Shown here: piece by piece, positions 1-10,846 of the stretch
Numbering within the stretch: the stretch's first letter is position 1
Layout: each line of letters opens with the position of its first letter
Source of the DNA: a bacterium
GTDB taxonomy: Bacteria > SAR324 > XYD2-FULL-50-16
Length of the DNA stretch: 64,000 bases
Reading direction: 5' to 3'
Assembly (NCBI GenBank): GCA_032250835.1
Contig: JAVVEA010000012.1
Coordinates: 52,517-116,516, forward strand
Translations under genes and position numbers: made by a program
The notes under the pieces: model-generated
Database searches by the model: none
What the model saw: the letters and a program-made list of their open reading frames with translations, nothing else
Told to the model about the DNA's origin: nothing

Positions 1-817
1 CTTTGAGGTGCTTTTTAAACGCCCGGGCGCGGCCTTTCCTTGGGACGCCAAAAGCCCCTTGGCCAAGGGGAAGCGAAACCACATCGCACAAGAGCAAGGT
101 TATTTTGTGCAAAAGGCGCTTTGGGAGGAATACCGCCGCTTTGGGGACGGACATGGCCATGACCTAGCCCCTTACGATACTTACTTTGAGGTGCCCGGTC
201 TGCGCTGGCCGGTGGTGGACGGCAAAGAAACCCCCTGGCGTTACCATCAGGACTACGACCCCTATGTCAAAAAAGGTGAGGGCTTTAACTTCTATGGTCC
301 CGCCTTTAAAGAACTACCCCAAGGCGACCTCCAGGGAGTGGACGCCAGCGCCCCGAAGGTCAAGCTGTTCGCCTCTAAAGACGCCCAAGGCCATATCCGA
401 GGCGGCAAAGCCAAGATCTTCTTTCGGCCCTACGCCGACCCGCCGGAGATGCCCGATCAGGAATACGACCTCTGGCTCTGTACGGGCCGGGTCTTAGAAC
501 ATTGGCATTCTGGCACCATGACCCGGCGCGTACCCGAGTTGTACCAAGCCGTACCCAACGCCACGGTGGCCCTACACCCCGAAGACGCCAAATCTAGGGG
601 ACTAAAAAACGGCGATTTGGCCAAAATCGTCTCGCGCCGAGGTGAAGTACAGGCTCGGGTGGAGATCGGCGGACGCAACCAGATGCCCCTAGGCAGCGTT
701 TACGTTCCCTGGTTTGACGAACATATATTGATCAACAAACTGACGCTCGACCAGACCTGTCCCATATCAAAACAAACGGACTATAAGAAGTGCGCCGTTA
801 AACTGACCAAGGTATAG
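1..817 (+). CDS. napA: Periplasmic nitrate reductase catalytic subunit, C-terminal part (starts before window)
   Basis: Molybdopterin-binding C-terminal motifs [14 protein letters not shown] and [16 protein letters not shown]; followed by napB. Confidence 0.95.
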   Translation, partial: FEVLFKRPGAAFPWDAKSPLAKGKRNHIAQEQGYFVQKALWEEYRRFGDGHGHDLAPYDTYFEVPGLRWPVVDGKETPWRYHQDYDPYVKKGEGFNFYGPAFKELPQGDLQGVDASAPKVKLFASKDAQGHIRGGKAKIFFRPYADPPEMPDQEYDLWLCTGRVLEHWHSGTMTRRVPELYQAVPNATVALHPEDAKSRGLKNGDLAKIVSRRGEVQARVEIGGRNQMPLGSVYVPWFDEHILINKLTLDQTCPISKQTDYKKCAVKLTKV

Positions 818-822
818 GAGGT

Positions 823-1308
823 ATGATGAAAGTTACCGCAACGATCTTCTTAGCCCTTGGATTTCTCTTGGCTGCCTGTTCGAGCGCCAATCAGGCGGGC
901 TGTCAGTCCTTTTCCTTGCGCCAAGACTGCCTCAGCAAGACCGCCAAGCCCCTGCCTGCGCCGGTCTATAGCTCCCAAGGGGCTGGAGAAAGCCAGCTGC
1001 TTGTGCGCTCCTTTGCCACCGCTCCGCCCCAAATCCCCCATGACATGGAGGGATTACCGGTCACTAGAGAGGCCAATATGTGTCTGACTTGCCACTATCC
1101 GGGCGGCTCAGGGGTGCCGGGCCTGCCCGCTAGCCACCGGAGCCAGCCCAAGATTGCCTTAGGCCATACCCAAGGCTCACCCCAGTACACCCGCGTAACA
1201 GGGCGCGAACCGGCCCCCGAGGGCTTCGACCAAGCCCGGTATTTCTGCAACCAATGCCACGTCCCCCAAGCAGGCAACTTAAAGCCCTTGGTGGAAAACC
1301 AATTTTAA
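823..1308 (+). CDS. napB: Diheme cytochrome c subunit of periplasmic nitrate reductase
   Basis: PPQIPH motif, two CxxCH sites (CLTCH, CNQCH), RYFCxQCHVPQ and C-terminal PLVENxF; RBS GGAGG. Confidence 0.93.
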   Translation: MMKVTATIFLALGFLLAACSSANQAGCQSFSLRQDCLSKTAKPLPAPVYSSQGAGESQLLVRSFATAPPQIPHDMEGLPVTREANMCLTCHYPGGSGVPGLPASHRSQPKIALGHTQGSPQYTRVTGREPAPEGFDQARYFCNQCHVPQAGNLKPLVENQF

Positions 1309-1378
1309 CCCACCGGGCCCAGGCGTTAGCGGTTTCCTGGGCCTTGGGCTACCCTGGCGGTCGGGGGGCTTTATGGAG

Positions 1379-3127
1379 TTAGGCGGCGGGCTTGGGCCAA
1401 AGGGGGCGTAGGGCGGCCAGCAGCTTGTCTTTACCCAGCGGCTTGTTGAGGTAGCCGGAAAAAAGCTGTTCATCGGCTATAGAGGCCAGCTCTTGGGGGG
1501 AATAGGAACTGAGCGTTAAAATCCAGGGGGCAGGGGTCGGTAGACTTTTGATGCGGCGCGCCGCCTCGATGCCGTTCATTTCGGGCATGTCAATATCCAT
1601 CAAGACCACCTCAAAGCGGTGGGCCTGCATTTTTTCTAGGGCCTCTAACCCGTTGCGAGCGGTAACGAACTCAAGGCCCAGGTCCTTTAGCTGAGAGCTG
1701 CTACTTTCCAAGTGCAGTGGGTTGTCGTCTACAATCAAAATCGGTCGTTGGGCGAGGCGCGCTAAAATCGCCTGGTCCGTTTGGGTGAGCGCCAGGGTAT
1801 CGGCGTTGCCTTTAGGTAGGGTAAACCAAAACTGACTGCCCTGGCCCAGTTGGCTATCCACGCCGATTTGTCCGCCCTGACGCGCCACAAATTCAGCGCA
1901 TAAGATCAGCCCCAAACCAGACCCGGCCTCACTCTGGGTGCCGAGACTCGAATGGGTTTTGCGGTCAATGGAAAAGAGGTCGGCCTGAGCCGTTGGCGCA
2001 ATCCCTACGCCCGAATCAGCCACCGTCACCTTAAGAAAGTCCCCGCAGGCTTCCGCACTGAGCCGGATTTCCCCCTTTTGGTCGGTGAACTTTAGGGCAT
2101 TGCCCAGCAGGTTACGTAAGATAGTGGTCACCATTTCCTGGTCCGCATAGGCCACCTGTGACGGGTCAATTTGGCCCATCAAGCGGACCTGCTTTTGCTG
2201 GGCGGCCTGTTGGTATAGGTCCAAACAGGCCTTTTGCGGCTGCGCTAAAGAGAAGTGGGTGGGCGCAAATTCAAGGTTCCCCTTTTGGCTGCGGGACCAA
2301 AGCAGTAAGTTTTCCAGTAATTGGTGGGTGCTTTTGGTGGTGCTGCGGATGGTTTGTAAGAGGTCCTCTTCTAGATCCTGGGCGTGATGGATCACGTCAC
2401 TAAAAATCACTGCCAAGCTGCCGATAGGGCCGCGGAGGTCGTGGGCGATGATCGTAAAAAACTTATTTTTGGTGTCCACCGCCTCTTGCAGTTGGGCGGC
2501 GGTCAACGAAAGCCGCGCCTTAGATTCGATCTCCGACAAGGCCACGGTAGACACATTCCAGCCCTTCAGCACCACAATCCCAAAGCCCGCCCAAGTGGCC
2601 GCTAAAATCCCCAAGTAGATTGGGCTGTGGTGCAAGATCAGATAAAGGCTCCAAGGCACCATTACCGATATATCCAGCGCCAGAAAATAACCGGGCATGA
2701 TGGCATAAGTCATGACGCCAACGGTGACCATCACCATCATGACGATCATCAGAAAAAAGATCCCTACCGATTGATTGTTGGGCAAAAAGAAGGGGCTGAT
2801 GCCATATTGCAATCCAATCCCACAGCCGACCCAAACCCGGCGGCGGGCAAGGCGTAGCAGTTCAGCTTCATGTAGCTTTTGGGTGCTTTGGCGGCGAGAA
2901 AGCCAGAGCACAAAAACCACAAAGGCCAGCATCAAACCCAACAGCCCAGCCGCCTGATACCAAGGGGTACCCGAAAGATAGAGGATCAGCGTCAAGGTAA
3001 AAGACCCAATGACCGCCTTAGACATATTGTCTGTAGAATGCCTAAAAAACTGGTCTACCCGCGCGTGGAAGATTTCTTTTTCCAGCGGGCTTTCAGGTAA
3101 CCGAAGCAGGCCTTCTTTTAGCTTCAT
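1379..3127 (-). CDS. Membrane-bound hybrid sensor histidine kinase/response regulator
   Basis: Several N-terminal TM helices, H-box IAHDLRGP, N-box NALKFT, G-boxes DSGVG and GSGLGL, C-terminal receiver (LIVDD, MDIDMP, KP). Confidence 0.9.
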   Translation of the reverse strand: MKLKEGLLRLPESPLEKEIFHARVDQFFRHSTDNMSKAVIGSFTLTLILYLSGTPWYQAAGLLGLMLAFVVFVLWLSRRQSTQKLHEAELLRLARRRVWVGCGIGLQYGISPFFLPNNQSVGIFFLMIVMMVMVTVGVMTYAIMPGYFLALDISVMVPWSLYLILHHSPIYLGILAATWAGFGIVVLKGWNVSTVALSEIESKARLSLTAAQLQEAVDTKNKFFTIIAHDLRGPIGSLAVIFSDVIHHAQDLEEDLLQTIRSTTKSTHQLLENLLLWSRSQKGNLEFAPTHFSLAQPQKACLDLYQQAAQQKQVRLMGQIDPSQVAYADQEMVTTILRNLLGNALKFTDQKGEIRLSAEACGDFLKVTVADSGVGIAPTAQADLFSIDRKTHSSLGTQSEAGSGLGLILCAEFVARQGGQIGVDSQLGQGSQFWFTLPKGNADTLALTQTDQAILARLAQRPILIVDDNPLHLESSSSQLKDLGLEFVTARNGLEALEKMQAHRFEVVLMDIDMPEMNGIEAARRIKSLPTPAPWILTLSSYSPQELASIADEQLFSGYLNKPLGKDKLLAALRPLWPKPAA

Positions 3128-3793
3128 TGCTTGTTAGTTTTTAGGGCGAACAAAAAAAGATTTGAGCCCAAACCTCATTAGCCGGGTCTTCCGGGTCCCT
3201 TCAGGATAAACCTACCTATAACCTAGTCATTTGGAGATTCCTATTGGTAGATGTTCTTAAGCTCAAAGTTGATTTTACGAGCCTAAAGCCCCCTACTGCG
3301 TTCCAACCATTATTGCGGACCAGGACTCTTTTTGTCTTACTTTTCTAGAGCAAAGCGGCAAAAGCCCTTTTAAAACCAACAAATAACCATATAATCATTG
3401 ACTTATAAAGTCTGCCGAAACGTCATTTGCCGGGCCCTTGATTGAATATAAATCTAGCTGAAGGCCCCGCTTTGCGGGTCAATTCAAATCCGGCTAGGGG
3501 GCTCGGAGGACTCCACTCCTTTTTGGTTTTACCGAAAGGCCCAGGATTGGACCACCAAAGACCAGATGCCCGGGGCAGGCAACCCCCAAATCACTGGGGT
3601 AAAAGACCTATTTATTATAGCTTGGGGGCATACCTAAGGGGGTCGAGTTTACGGACCCAGGGTCTTTAAAAATAGCCCCCCTAACCTTTACCATAGGGCA
3701 GCCTGCTTGAGACCCGCCAAGGGCCTTTTCTTTTGAACTCAGCTAGGGCAAAGCACCGGTAGTCTCCCGCTGTCCATTGCTTGAGGGAATATT

Positions 3794-3831
3794 TTGATTG
3801 TAGCTAGGGGGGAGTTGATCTACAATCAACT
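3794..3831. promoter_or_regulatory. Overlapping inverted repeats upstream of the stressosome operon, candidate operator
   Basis: TTGATTGTAG (3794-3803) and CTACAATCAA (3820-3829) form a perfect 10-bp IR; overlapping palindrome AGTTGAT-N5-ATCAACT (3813-3831). Confidence 0.4.
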
Positions 3832-3955
3832 ACATGGGTCACCGGCCCAATTACCTGATACCGCCTCAGCGCGCCCAACATACCCCTTTGGGGTATTCGG
3901 TACGAGACCGTCCGCTTGGTTTATCCGCAAGTTCAACACAATTGGAGTTTACCGC

Positions 3956-4858
3956 ATGATCACAATTTCCGTAAAAGAGTGGGAACGACGCAAACACTTT
4001 GTTCAATTTGAAGAAGAAGACATCACTCGGCTCAAAGAGTTGCTTCCGGTGGTGGAGAAGCAGGTAGATAAAGTGGTCGAACAGCTTTACGAAAACTTTG
4101 AAGCTATCCCCGAGCTCTCTCGGATTTTGCATGCCGAAGAAGGCCGCCTTGAAAAACTCAAGCGGATGCAGCGCGCCTATTTTCTCCAACTCTTTGAGGG
4201 CGACTACGGCTCTGACTACCTGAACAACCGCCTAAAAGTGGGGATGGCCCACCACCGCATCAATTTAGGGGTCGATTGGTATCTAGGGGCTTACTCAATG
4301 TACATCCGCTTGGTGATGCCGATCATCTTAGATCACTACAAGAAAGACCCGGCCAAAGGCCAAGCGGCCTTTGCTTCGGCCATCAAAATCATCCACCTAG
4401 ACCAAGACGTGGCCATTTCCACTTACCTCTCGGCCCGTGAAGAGGTGATTGCCGAACAGTCCGAAGAGATCTTAGAGCTCTCGACCCCCGTAGTGCAGCT
4501 CTGGGACGGTATCGTCGCCGCCCCGATTATCGGCACCTTAGATAGCCAGCGGACCCAACTCTTTATGGAGCGTTTGCTGCAAACCATCGTGGACACCAAG
4601 TCGCCGGTGGCGCTGGTGGACATCACCGGCGTGCCCGCCATCGACACCGCCACGGCCCAACATCTGATCGACACCATCAACGCCGTCAAATTACTGGGCT
4701 CTACGGTGGTGATCACCGGAGTCAGCCCCTCCATCGCCCAGACCTTGGTGCATTTGGGCATCGACCTTTCGGACATCTTGACCCGCTCGAGTCTGGCCGA
4801 AGGCCTCAAGGTGGCGCTCAAGCAACTTAATCTGGTGATGACCACCAAGGGGGCTTGA
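3956..4858 (+). CDS. rsbR: Globin-coupled (protoglobin) STAS stressosome sensor, RsbR-like
   Basis: N-terminal sensor globin (GMAHHRINL, candidate proximal His); C-terminal STAS (ELSTPVVQLWDGI, GTLDSQR, DITGV); ATG 3956 after GGAG. Confidence 0.9.
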   Translation: MITISVKEWERRKHFVQFEEEDITRLKELLPVVEKQVDKVVEQLYENFEAIPELSRILHAEEGRLEKLKRMQRAYFLQLFEGDYGSDYLNNRLKVGMAHHRINLGVDWYLGAYSMYIRLVMPIILDHYKKDPAKGQAAFASAIKIIHLDQDVAISTYLSAREEVIAEQSEEILELSTPVVQLWDGIVAAPIIGTLDSQRTQLFMERLLQTIVDTKSPVALVDITGVPAIDTATAQHLIDTINAVKLLGSTVVITGVSPSIAQTLVHLGIDLSDILTRSSLAEGLKVALKQLNLVMTTKGA

Positions 4859-4859
4859 G

Positions 4860-5222
4860 ATGTACGAAGGTTCCATTTCGGTCATTAAAATCCGCAATGT
4901 TTTGTTGGTCACCGTGCCCCCGGACCCGGACGACGAGCTGATCAACCAACTGCAAGAGCGGGTGTTGCAGATCCTAGATCAGTCCAAGGCCAAGGGCGTG
5001 ATCATGGACATTTCGACGGTAGATATTTTGGATTCATTTTTCGCCCACACCTTGGTTGAGACGGCCAAGATGATTGCCCTGATGGGCGGTCGGACCATCA
5101 TCAGCGGGATGAACCCCAGCGTGGCGGTCACGGCGACCCAACTGGGCCTAACCTTTGGTGATATCGATACGGAATTGGATGTGGATTCTGCCTTAGACCG
5201 GATGGAAGCAAGCGAGGATTGA
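4860..5222 (+). CDS. rsbS: Stressosome STAS protein RsbS
   Basis: Single STAS domain with ILDSF phospho-Ser motif and GMNPSVA; position after rsbR. Confidence 0.9.
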   Translation: MYEGSISVIKIRNVLLVTVPPDPDDELINQLQERVLQILDQSKAKGVIMDISTVDILDSFFAHTLVETAKMIALMGGRTIISGMNPSVAVTATQLGLTFGDIDTELDVDSALDRMEASED

Positions 5223-5226
5223 CCCT

Positions 5227-5643
5227 ATGGCTTTTACTCCTCTCGAAGAGGGCTTTGAATTTGTGCCCATTAAGACCGAGTCGGATATTGTGCGCAGCCG
5301 CAAGGTGATCCGCACTTTAGCCAGCAAGATGGGCTTCCGGTTGACCGATGTGACGCGCATCGTCACCGCCGCTAGTGAATTGGCCCGAAATATTTACAAA
5401 TACGCCGATCAAGGGCAGATGTGTTACCGGGAATTGCAGATCAACGGTAAGCTTTGGCTTGAGCTGGTTTTCGAAGACCAGGGGCCGGGGATTGAAGACG
5501 TTGAAATGGCCATGGGCGAGGGCTATAGTAGCTCGGGTAGCTTGGGCCTGGGATTGCCCGGAACCAAGCGCTTGGTCGACGAAATGGAGATTGAAAGCGA
5601 AGCCGGTGTGGGTACCCGGATCACTTTACGCAAGAAGGTCTAA
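5227..5643 (+). CDS. rsbT: Stressosome Ser/Thr kinase RsbT
   Basis: SELARNIYKYA, DQGPGI, GYSS..SLGLGLPG..RLVDE motifs. Confidence 0.92.
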   Translation: MAFTPLEEGFEFVPIKTESDIVRSRKVIRTLASKMGFRLTDVTRIVTAASELARNIYKYADQGQMCYRELQINGKLWLELVFEDQGPGIEDVEMAMGEGYSSSGSLGLGLPGTKRLVDEMEIESEAGVGTRITLRKKV

Positions 5644-6666
5644 TTGTCCGTTGAAAAAAGTGATCAAGTTATCTTTTTAATCAGCAATAAAGGGGAGGCC
5701 ACCCTGGCGAAGCGCCGGGTGCGGTCTTTTGCCTTAGACTTAGGCTTTGCTGACGACCTAGCCGAAAAGCTGGCCATAGTGGTCGCCGAGTTGGCTTCGA
5801 ACCTACTCAAACACGTCGGCGAAGGCCACCTGTTGGTTAGCCGCCTGCGTGAAGGCGAACAGTTTGGGATCGAGATCGAGTCGGTTGACCAAGGTCCGGG
5901 GCTCTCGGCGCTCGGTGACTCCTTTGCCGACGGTTTTTCTACGGCCGGTACCCTGGGCAATGGCCTAGGTAGCATCAACCGGATCATGGACGATTTGGAA
6001 ATGCTGCCGGGGCACCATAAGGGCTTAAGGATCATCGCGCGCAAATGGATCCACCGGCCAGGCAAAACGGCGGGGTTGGTTTGCCCCTTTGACATCGGCG
6101 TAGCCAGCCGCCCGCACCCCAAGATGAGTGTCAACGGAGACAACTTTTTGGTGCGTAGTGGCCCGGACTTTAGCTTTGCTTGTGTGATCGATGGGGTGGG
6201 CCATGGGCAATTCGCCTTCAAGGCGGCTATCTCGGCGCGCAACTATTTAGAAGGCCATTTCCACAAGCCTATGACCCAGCTATTCCAAGGTGCCGCTCGG
6301 GCCTGCGCCTCTACTAGGGGGGCGGTAATGGCCGCCTTGACGCTGGACTGGCGGACCCACCGGATTAGCTTTGCCAGCGTGGGCAATATCGAAATCCGCG
6401 TCAAGGGGCCCAAAAGTTATAGTTTTATCCACCGTCGGGGCGTGGTGGGCAGCCGGATGCCCCCCTTTAAGCCCCAAGAAGAAGTTTGGGAGCCCGGGAC
6501 CTTGATGGTGCTGTTTTCCGACGGTATCCGAACCTCTTGGACCTGGGATGAGTTTGCCGACCTATATAACGAACCCTCCAGCAAGATCGCCTCAGCCATG
6601 CTCAACAAACTGGCCCGAGACAATGACGACGCGACCGTAATGGTGATTAAGGACAAAAAGTCATGA
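5644..6666 (+). CDS. RsbT-like ATPase fused to SpoIIE/PP2C phosphatase (RsbX-like)
   Basis: N-terminal ELASNLLKH and DQGPG; C-terminal GD, IDGVGHG, SDGI and DDAT phosphatase motifs; TTG start. Confidence 0.85.
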   Translation: MSVEKSDQVIFLISNKGEATLAKRRVRSFALDLGFADDLAEKLAIVVAELASNLLKHVGEGHLLVSRLREGEQFGIEIESVDQGPGLSALGDSFADGFSTAGTLGNGLGSINRIMDDLEMLPGHHKGLRIIARKWIHRPGKTAGLVCPFDIGVASRPHPKMSVNGDNFLVRSGPDFSFACVIDGVGHGQFAFKAAISARNYLEGHFHKPMTQLFQGAARACASTRGAVMAALTLDWRTHRISFASVGNIEIRVKGPKSYSFIHRRGVVGSRMPPFKPQEEVWEPGTLMVLFSDGIRTSWTWDEFADLYNEPSSKIASAMLNKLARDNDDATVMVIKDKKS

Positions 6667-8798
6667 GAGACAACGTCAATCTTGAGGAATTACAAGAATA
6701 CATTGCCTCCTTAGAACTAGAGCTCGAAGAGACCCAGGCGGGGTTGGTGGCCTTGACCATGGAGCTGACCAGCGCCGAAGAAAAGTACCGGGGCATCATC
6801 GAAAACAGCCTAGAGGGCGTGTGTCGGGTGGACCGCGAAGGGACCTTCGAATTGGTCAACCCCGCCTTGATCGAAATGTTGGGCTACCAAGACGAAGACG
6901 ACTTGCTGACCCATTGCTCAAAGATCAGTCAGGTCTTAGAAGAGCCCGATTCGCACCAATTGCTGCTAACCTATTTGGCGCGCAAGAAGGTCCAAGCCAA
7001 CTGGGAAACGAGGTTGCGCAGCAAAAGCGGCCAATTGATCTGGGTCAGTCAGAACATCCACCAAATCACCGACAAGAACGGCCAGTGCATTGGCTACGAG
7101 GCCTTGATCAGCGACATCAGCCGCCAAAAGTTTTATGAAGAAAAGCTCAAGCTGCTGGCGATGGTCTTTGAGCACAGCATCGAAGGGGTGGTGATCACCG
7201 ACGACCACGAGACGATCTTAGAGGTCAACGCTGCCTTTAGCCAAATCACCGGATATACGGCCCACGAAGCGATTGGCAAGACGCCTCACCTACTCTTTTC
7301 AGGCTGGCAGGATAAGAACTTTTACCAAGACTTTTGGGACAAGATCAACGGCGAAGGGATCTGGCAGGGCGAGATGAACAACCGCCGCAAAGGGGGCGAG
7401 CTTTATAAAGAATGGCTGACGGTCTGCGCCATCAAGAGCGGGGGACGGGTCCAAAACCTCATTGGAATCTTCACGGACATCACCGAAAAGAAACGCGCCG
7501 AAGCCCGCATCCATGAGTTGGCCTTTTATGACATCCTGACCAAGCTACCGAACCGATATCTATTCCAAGATCGCCTGCGCCACCGCTTAGATACGGCCAA
7601 ACGCAACGACCAACGCTTTGCGGTGATGTTCATCGATCTAGACAACTTCAAGCTGATCAACGACACCTTCGGGCACTTTGTGGGCGACCTTTTCTTGCAA
7701 GAAGTAGCCGAACGCATCAGTTCGGTGGTGCGCCAAGAAGACACGGTGGCCCGCCTGGGCGGTGACGAGTTCACCATCATTTTAGAACAACTGACCGCCC
7801 CCGAGCAGGCGGCGGTGATCGCCGAAAAGGTTTTAGAGCAGCTTTGTCTGCCCTATACCTTAGAAGGACAAGAGGTCTTCTCGGGCGCTAGTATCGGCAT
7901 CGCGGTCTTCCCTGATGACGGAGTCTCGGCCCAGGAACTGACCCAAAAGGCCGATGCGGCCATGTACGACATCAAAAACAAGGGCAAAAAGGGCTTTCAG
8001 TTTTACACCGAAGAGATCAACACCAAGGCGACGCTGCAAATCCAACTAGAGTCAGACCTCCGCCGGGCTTTGATCAACGGGGATTTTATCTTAAACTATC
8101 AGCCCCAGTTTGCCGTAGACTCAGACCAGATCATCTCCACCGAAGCACTGATCCGGTGGAACCATGCCGAACGCGGGGTGGTGCCGCCTTCGGAGTTCAT
8201 TCCCTACTCCGAACAATCTTCGCTGATTGAGAATATCGGCAAGTGGGTCTTGTTTAAGGCCTGTGAACAGAACCAACGGTGGGTTCGATTGATCAACCGC
8301 CCGATCCGCATTGCGGTGAACCTATCGGCGCGTCAGTTGCGCCAAAAGGACTTGGTGGAAACTGTTGAGGAGGTCTTGAACGTCACCGGGATGGAGGCCA
8401 AGCTGTTGGAATTGGAGCTGACCGAATCGACGGTAATGGACGACCCCGAAGAATCCATCAAGGTCTTAAAACGGCTTAAGGCGATGGGCATCCGGCTGTC
8501 GGTAGACGACTTCGGTACCGGATACTCTTCGCTCAACTACCTCAAGCGGCTGCCTATCGACCGGGTAAAGATCGATTATTCCTTTGTCCGCGACTTAGTG
8601 GACGACAACGAGAACCAAGCGATTGTGCGGGCTATCTTGGCGCTGTCTAAGAGTTTGAACCTAGACGTGATCGCTGAGGGGGTGGAGACCGCCGAGCAAC
8701 TGGAATTCCTGGCCCAAGCCGGTTGCGACGAGGTCCAGGGCTTCTTTTTAGGCCGCCCGGTTAGCGCCGAAGAAGTGACCCAACGGCTGCTTTCTTAG
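6663..8798 (+). CDS. PAS-PAS-GGDEF-EAL diguanylate cyclase/phosphodiesterase
   Basis: Two PAS domains, intact GGDEF, EAL and DDFGTGYSS; 4-nt overlap with upstream gene. Confidence 0.93.
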   Translation: MRDNVNLEELQEYIASLELELEETQAGLVALTMELTSAEEKYRGIIENSLEGVCRVDREGTFELVNPALIEMLGYQDEDDLLTHCSKISQVLEEPDSHQLLLTYLARKKVQANWETRLRSKSGQLIWVSQNIHQITDKNGQCIGYEALISDISRQKFYEEKLKLLAMVFEHSIEGVVITDDHETILEVNAAFSQITGYTAHEAIGKTPHLLFSGWQDKNFYQDFWDKINGEGIWQGEMNNRRKGGELYKEWLTVCAIKSGGRVQNLIGIFTDITEKKRAEARIHELAFYDILTKLPNRYLFQDRLRHRLDTAKRNDQRFAVMFIDLDNFKLINDTFGHFVGDLFLQEVAERISSVVRQEDTVARLGGDEFTIILEQLTAPEQAAVIAEKVLEQLCLPYTLEGQEVFSGASIGIAVFPDDGVSAQELTQKADAAMYDIKNKGKKGFQFYTEEINTKATLQIQLESDLRRALINGDFILNYQPQFAVDSDQIISTEALIRWNHAERGVVPPSEFIPYSEQSSLIENIGKWVLFKACEQNQRWVRLINRPIRIAVNLSARQLRQKDLVETVEEVLNVTGMEAKLLELELTESTVMDDPEESIKVLKRLKAMGIRLSVDDFGTGYSSLNYLKRLPIDRVKIDYSFVRDLVDDNENQAIVRAILALSKSLNLDVIAEGVETAEQLEFLAQAGCDEVQGFFLGRPVSAEEVTQRLLS

Positions 8799-10315
8799 GC
8801 GAGGCGGTCCGTGGAGATATGATAACGGGGGTCTTCCACTAGGTTGAAGTCCACCATGCTGCCCGCGTTTTCTAAGAGTTGGGCGCATTCGGGGCTCAGG
8901 TGCTTGAGCCGCAAAAACTTGCCCAACCCCAAATAACGCTCGGTCAGTGCGTTGATCGCTTCTAAACCCGAGTGGTCGTAAACCCTAGAATCTTGGAAGT
9001 CGATCACCACCTCAATGGGGTCCTCGTTAGGCGTAAAGAGGTCGTGGAAGCTGCGGACCGAGCCAAAAAATAACGGGCCCGACAGCTTATATATCTTCAC
9101 CCCTTTAACATCGATCTCGGTACGCACCCAAATCTTTTGAGCCTGCTTCCAAGCAAAGACCAAGGCCGAAACGATCACCCCTACGCCCACCGCCACAGCC
9201 AAGTCCGTGACCACCGTCACGCCCGAAACCAGGATCAACACAAAAGCGTCGGACTTAGGGATCTTGGGGATCAGCAAAATGCTGGGCCAAGCAAAGGTCC
9301 CGATCACCACCATAAACATGACGCCCACCAAGGCGGTCAAGGGGATCATTTCGATCAAGCTGGAAGCAAAAAGAATAAAGACCAACAGGAACAAAGCCGC
9401 CAAGATGCCTGAGGCCCGGCCCCGTCCCCCTGAATTGATGTTGATCATGCTCTGGCCGATCATGGCGCAACCGCCCATACCGCCGAAGAAGCCGGTCACC
9501 ACGTTGGCCACGCCCTGACCGATACATTCTTTATTGCCGCGCCCGCGGGTCTCCGTGATCTCGTCGATCAGGCTCAGGGTCATCAAAGACTCAATCAAAC
9601 CTACTGCCGCCAAAATCACCGCATAGGGCAGGATAATCTTTAGGGTCTCCAGGTTCCAGGGGACATCAGGGATGTTAAAATCCGGCAGGCCACCGGCGAC
9701 CTGGGCCAAGTCCCCGACGGTGCGGGTGTCTAAGTTGAGGCCGTGGACTAAGCCAGTGACCACCAGGATTGCCGCTAAAGACGCAGGCACCGCTTTGGTC
9801 AGCTTGGGCAAGAAGTGGATGATCGCCATGGTCAGCGCCACTAAGCCCAGCATCAAGTAAAGCCGCTCTCCGGTCACCCAGCCGCCGGTCTGACGGTCTT
9901 TGAAGTTCGATAGCTGGGCTAAGAAGATGATGATCGCCAAACCGTTCACAAAGCCCAACATGACCGGATGGGGGATCAGCCGGACAAATTTCCCCATTTT
10001 GGCGACGCCCGCGCCGATCTGGATAATCCCCATCAAGACCACCGTAGCGAAAAGGTATTGGATGCCATGTTCGGCTACCAACTGGATTACCACCACCGCC
10101 AAAGCGCCGGTGGCCCCAGAAATCATGCCCGGCCGCCCGCCGATGGCCGCCGTGATCAGGCCGACCATAAAGGTGGCGTAAAGGCCCACTAGGGGCTCGA
10201 CCCCGGCAACAAACGAAAAGGCTACGGCCTCGGGCACCAATACCAGAGTGACCGTCAGGCCCGGAAGGAGGGCATCTTTTAAATGGGTACTACGGCGTAA
10301 GATATAGTCGAACAT
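8795..10315 (-). CDS. SulP family inorganic anion transporter with STAS domain
   Basis: [35 protein letters not shown] motifs; ATG 10315 chosen as start. Confidence 0.92.
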   Translation of the reverse strand: MFDYILRRSTHLKDALLPGLTVTLVLVPEAVAFSFVAGVEPLVGLYATFMVGLITAAIGGRPGMISGATGALAVVVIQLVAEHGIQYLFATVVLMGIIQIGAGVAKMGKFVRLIPHPVMLGFVNGLAIIIFLAQLSNFKDRQTGGWVTGERLYLMLGLVALTMAIIHFLPKLTKAVPASLAAILVVTGLVHGLNLDTRTVGDLAQVAGGLPDFNIPDVPWNLETLKIILPYAVILAAVGLIESLMTLSLIDEITETRGRGNKECIGQGVANVVTGFFGGMGGCAMIGQSMININSGGRGRASGILAALFLLVFILFASSLIEMIPLTALVGVMFMVVIGTFAWPSILLIPKIPKSDAFVLILVSGVTVVTDLAVAVGVGVIVSALVFAWKQAQKIWVRTEIDVKGVKIYKLSGPLFFGSVRSFHDLFTPNEDPIEVVIDFQDSRVYDHSGLEAINALTERYLGLGKFLRLKHLSPECAQLLENAGSMVDFNLVEDPRYHISTDRLA

Positions 10316-10557
10316 CAAAGGTCTTTTGAGGAGGTTAAGGGCCGGGGGAAAAAGGTCCACATTAAAAGGCCCGAGAGAGGTTGTCAACCCAAAATTTTGT
10401 GAAACCCATTACACAAGCCTATGGATAGGGCCGCTTGCCTGCCCCTAACCCCCTCGAACAGGCTGGCCATGTAATCACTTATTTCAATTAGTTAACCAAT
10501 ATACCGGAGGGGTGCTGGAAAAGAGGGGAAAAAAAGTTACAAAAAAAATGGCGGTCA

Positions 10558-10588
10558 TTGACAAAGGGTGGCGGTCTGAAATAGATTC
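10558..10588 (+). promoter_or_regulatory. Sigma70-like promoter for the RRM gene leader
   Basis: TTGACA at 10558 followed by a TAGATT -10-like hexamer. Confidence 0.45.
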
Positions 10589-10599
10589 TACCTTAGCTA

Positions 10600-10815
10600 A
10601 GCCAAGAGGCACTAGAACAGATACCGTGAACGATTGGTTTCGACCAATCCTCACCACCATAAAAATGGGGATCCAGCTAGTTCTTGGTCCCCTTTTTTTA
10701 TGACCTGATTATAGGTTACGACCTAAAAAAGGGACAAAGCCCAATAGTTGGACTCAACGTCCTGGGCTTTGGTTTTGGTGCATATGGGCGGAAGAGCTGC
10801 CCGGCGGGCTTGGCT
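10600..10815 (+). ncRNA. Candidate structured 5' leader RNA of the RRM gene
   Basis: Closing stem AGCCAAG/CTTGGCT; inner stems GATTGG-tttcga-CCAATC, GTCCC..TTTTTTA/TAAAAAAGGGAC, CAAAGCCCA/TGGGCTTTG, GGGCGG/CTGCCC. Confidence 0.45.
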
Positions 10816-10846
10816 GTGAAACATCCTTTGAGAAAGAGAAGAAAGC

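Noticed and set aside
3700-3790. Possible c-di-GMP-I riboswitch (GGGCAAAGC)
   Set aside because: The GGCAAAC..GAAA P2 arm and the P1 pairing are missing.
3442-3955. ORF 3442-3669 and the 54-aa N-terminal extension of RsbR
   Set aside because: No RBS or motif; the likely real start is ATG 3956 after GGAG.
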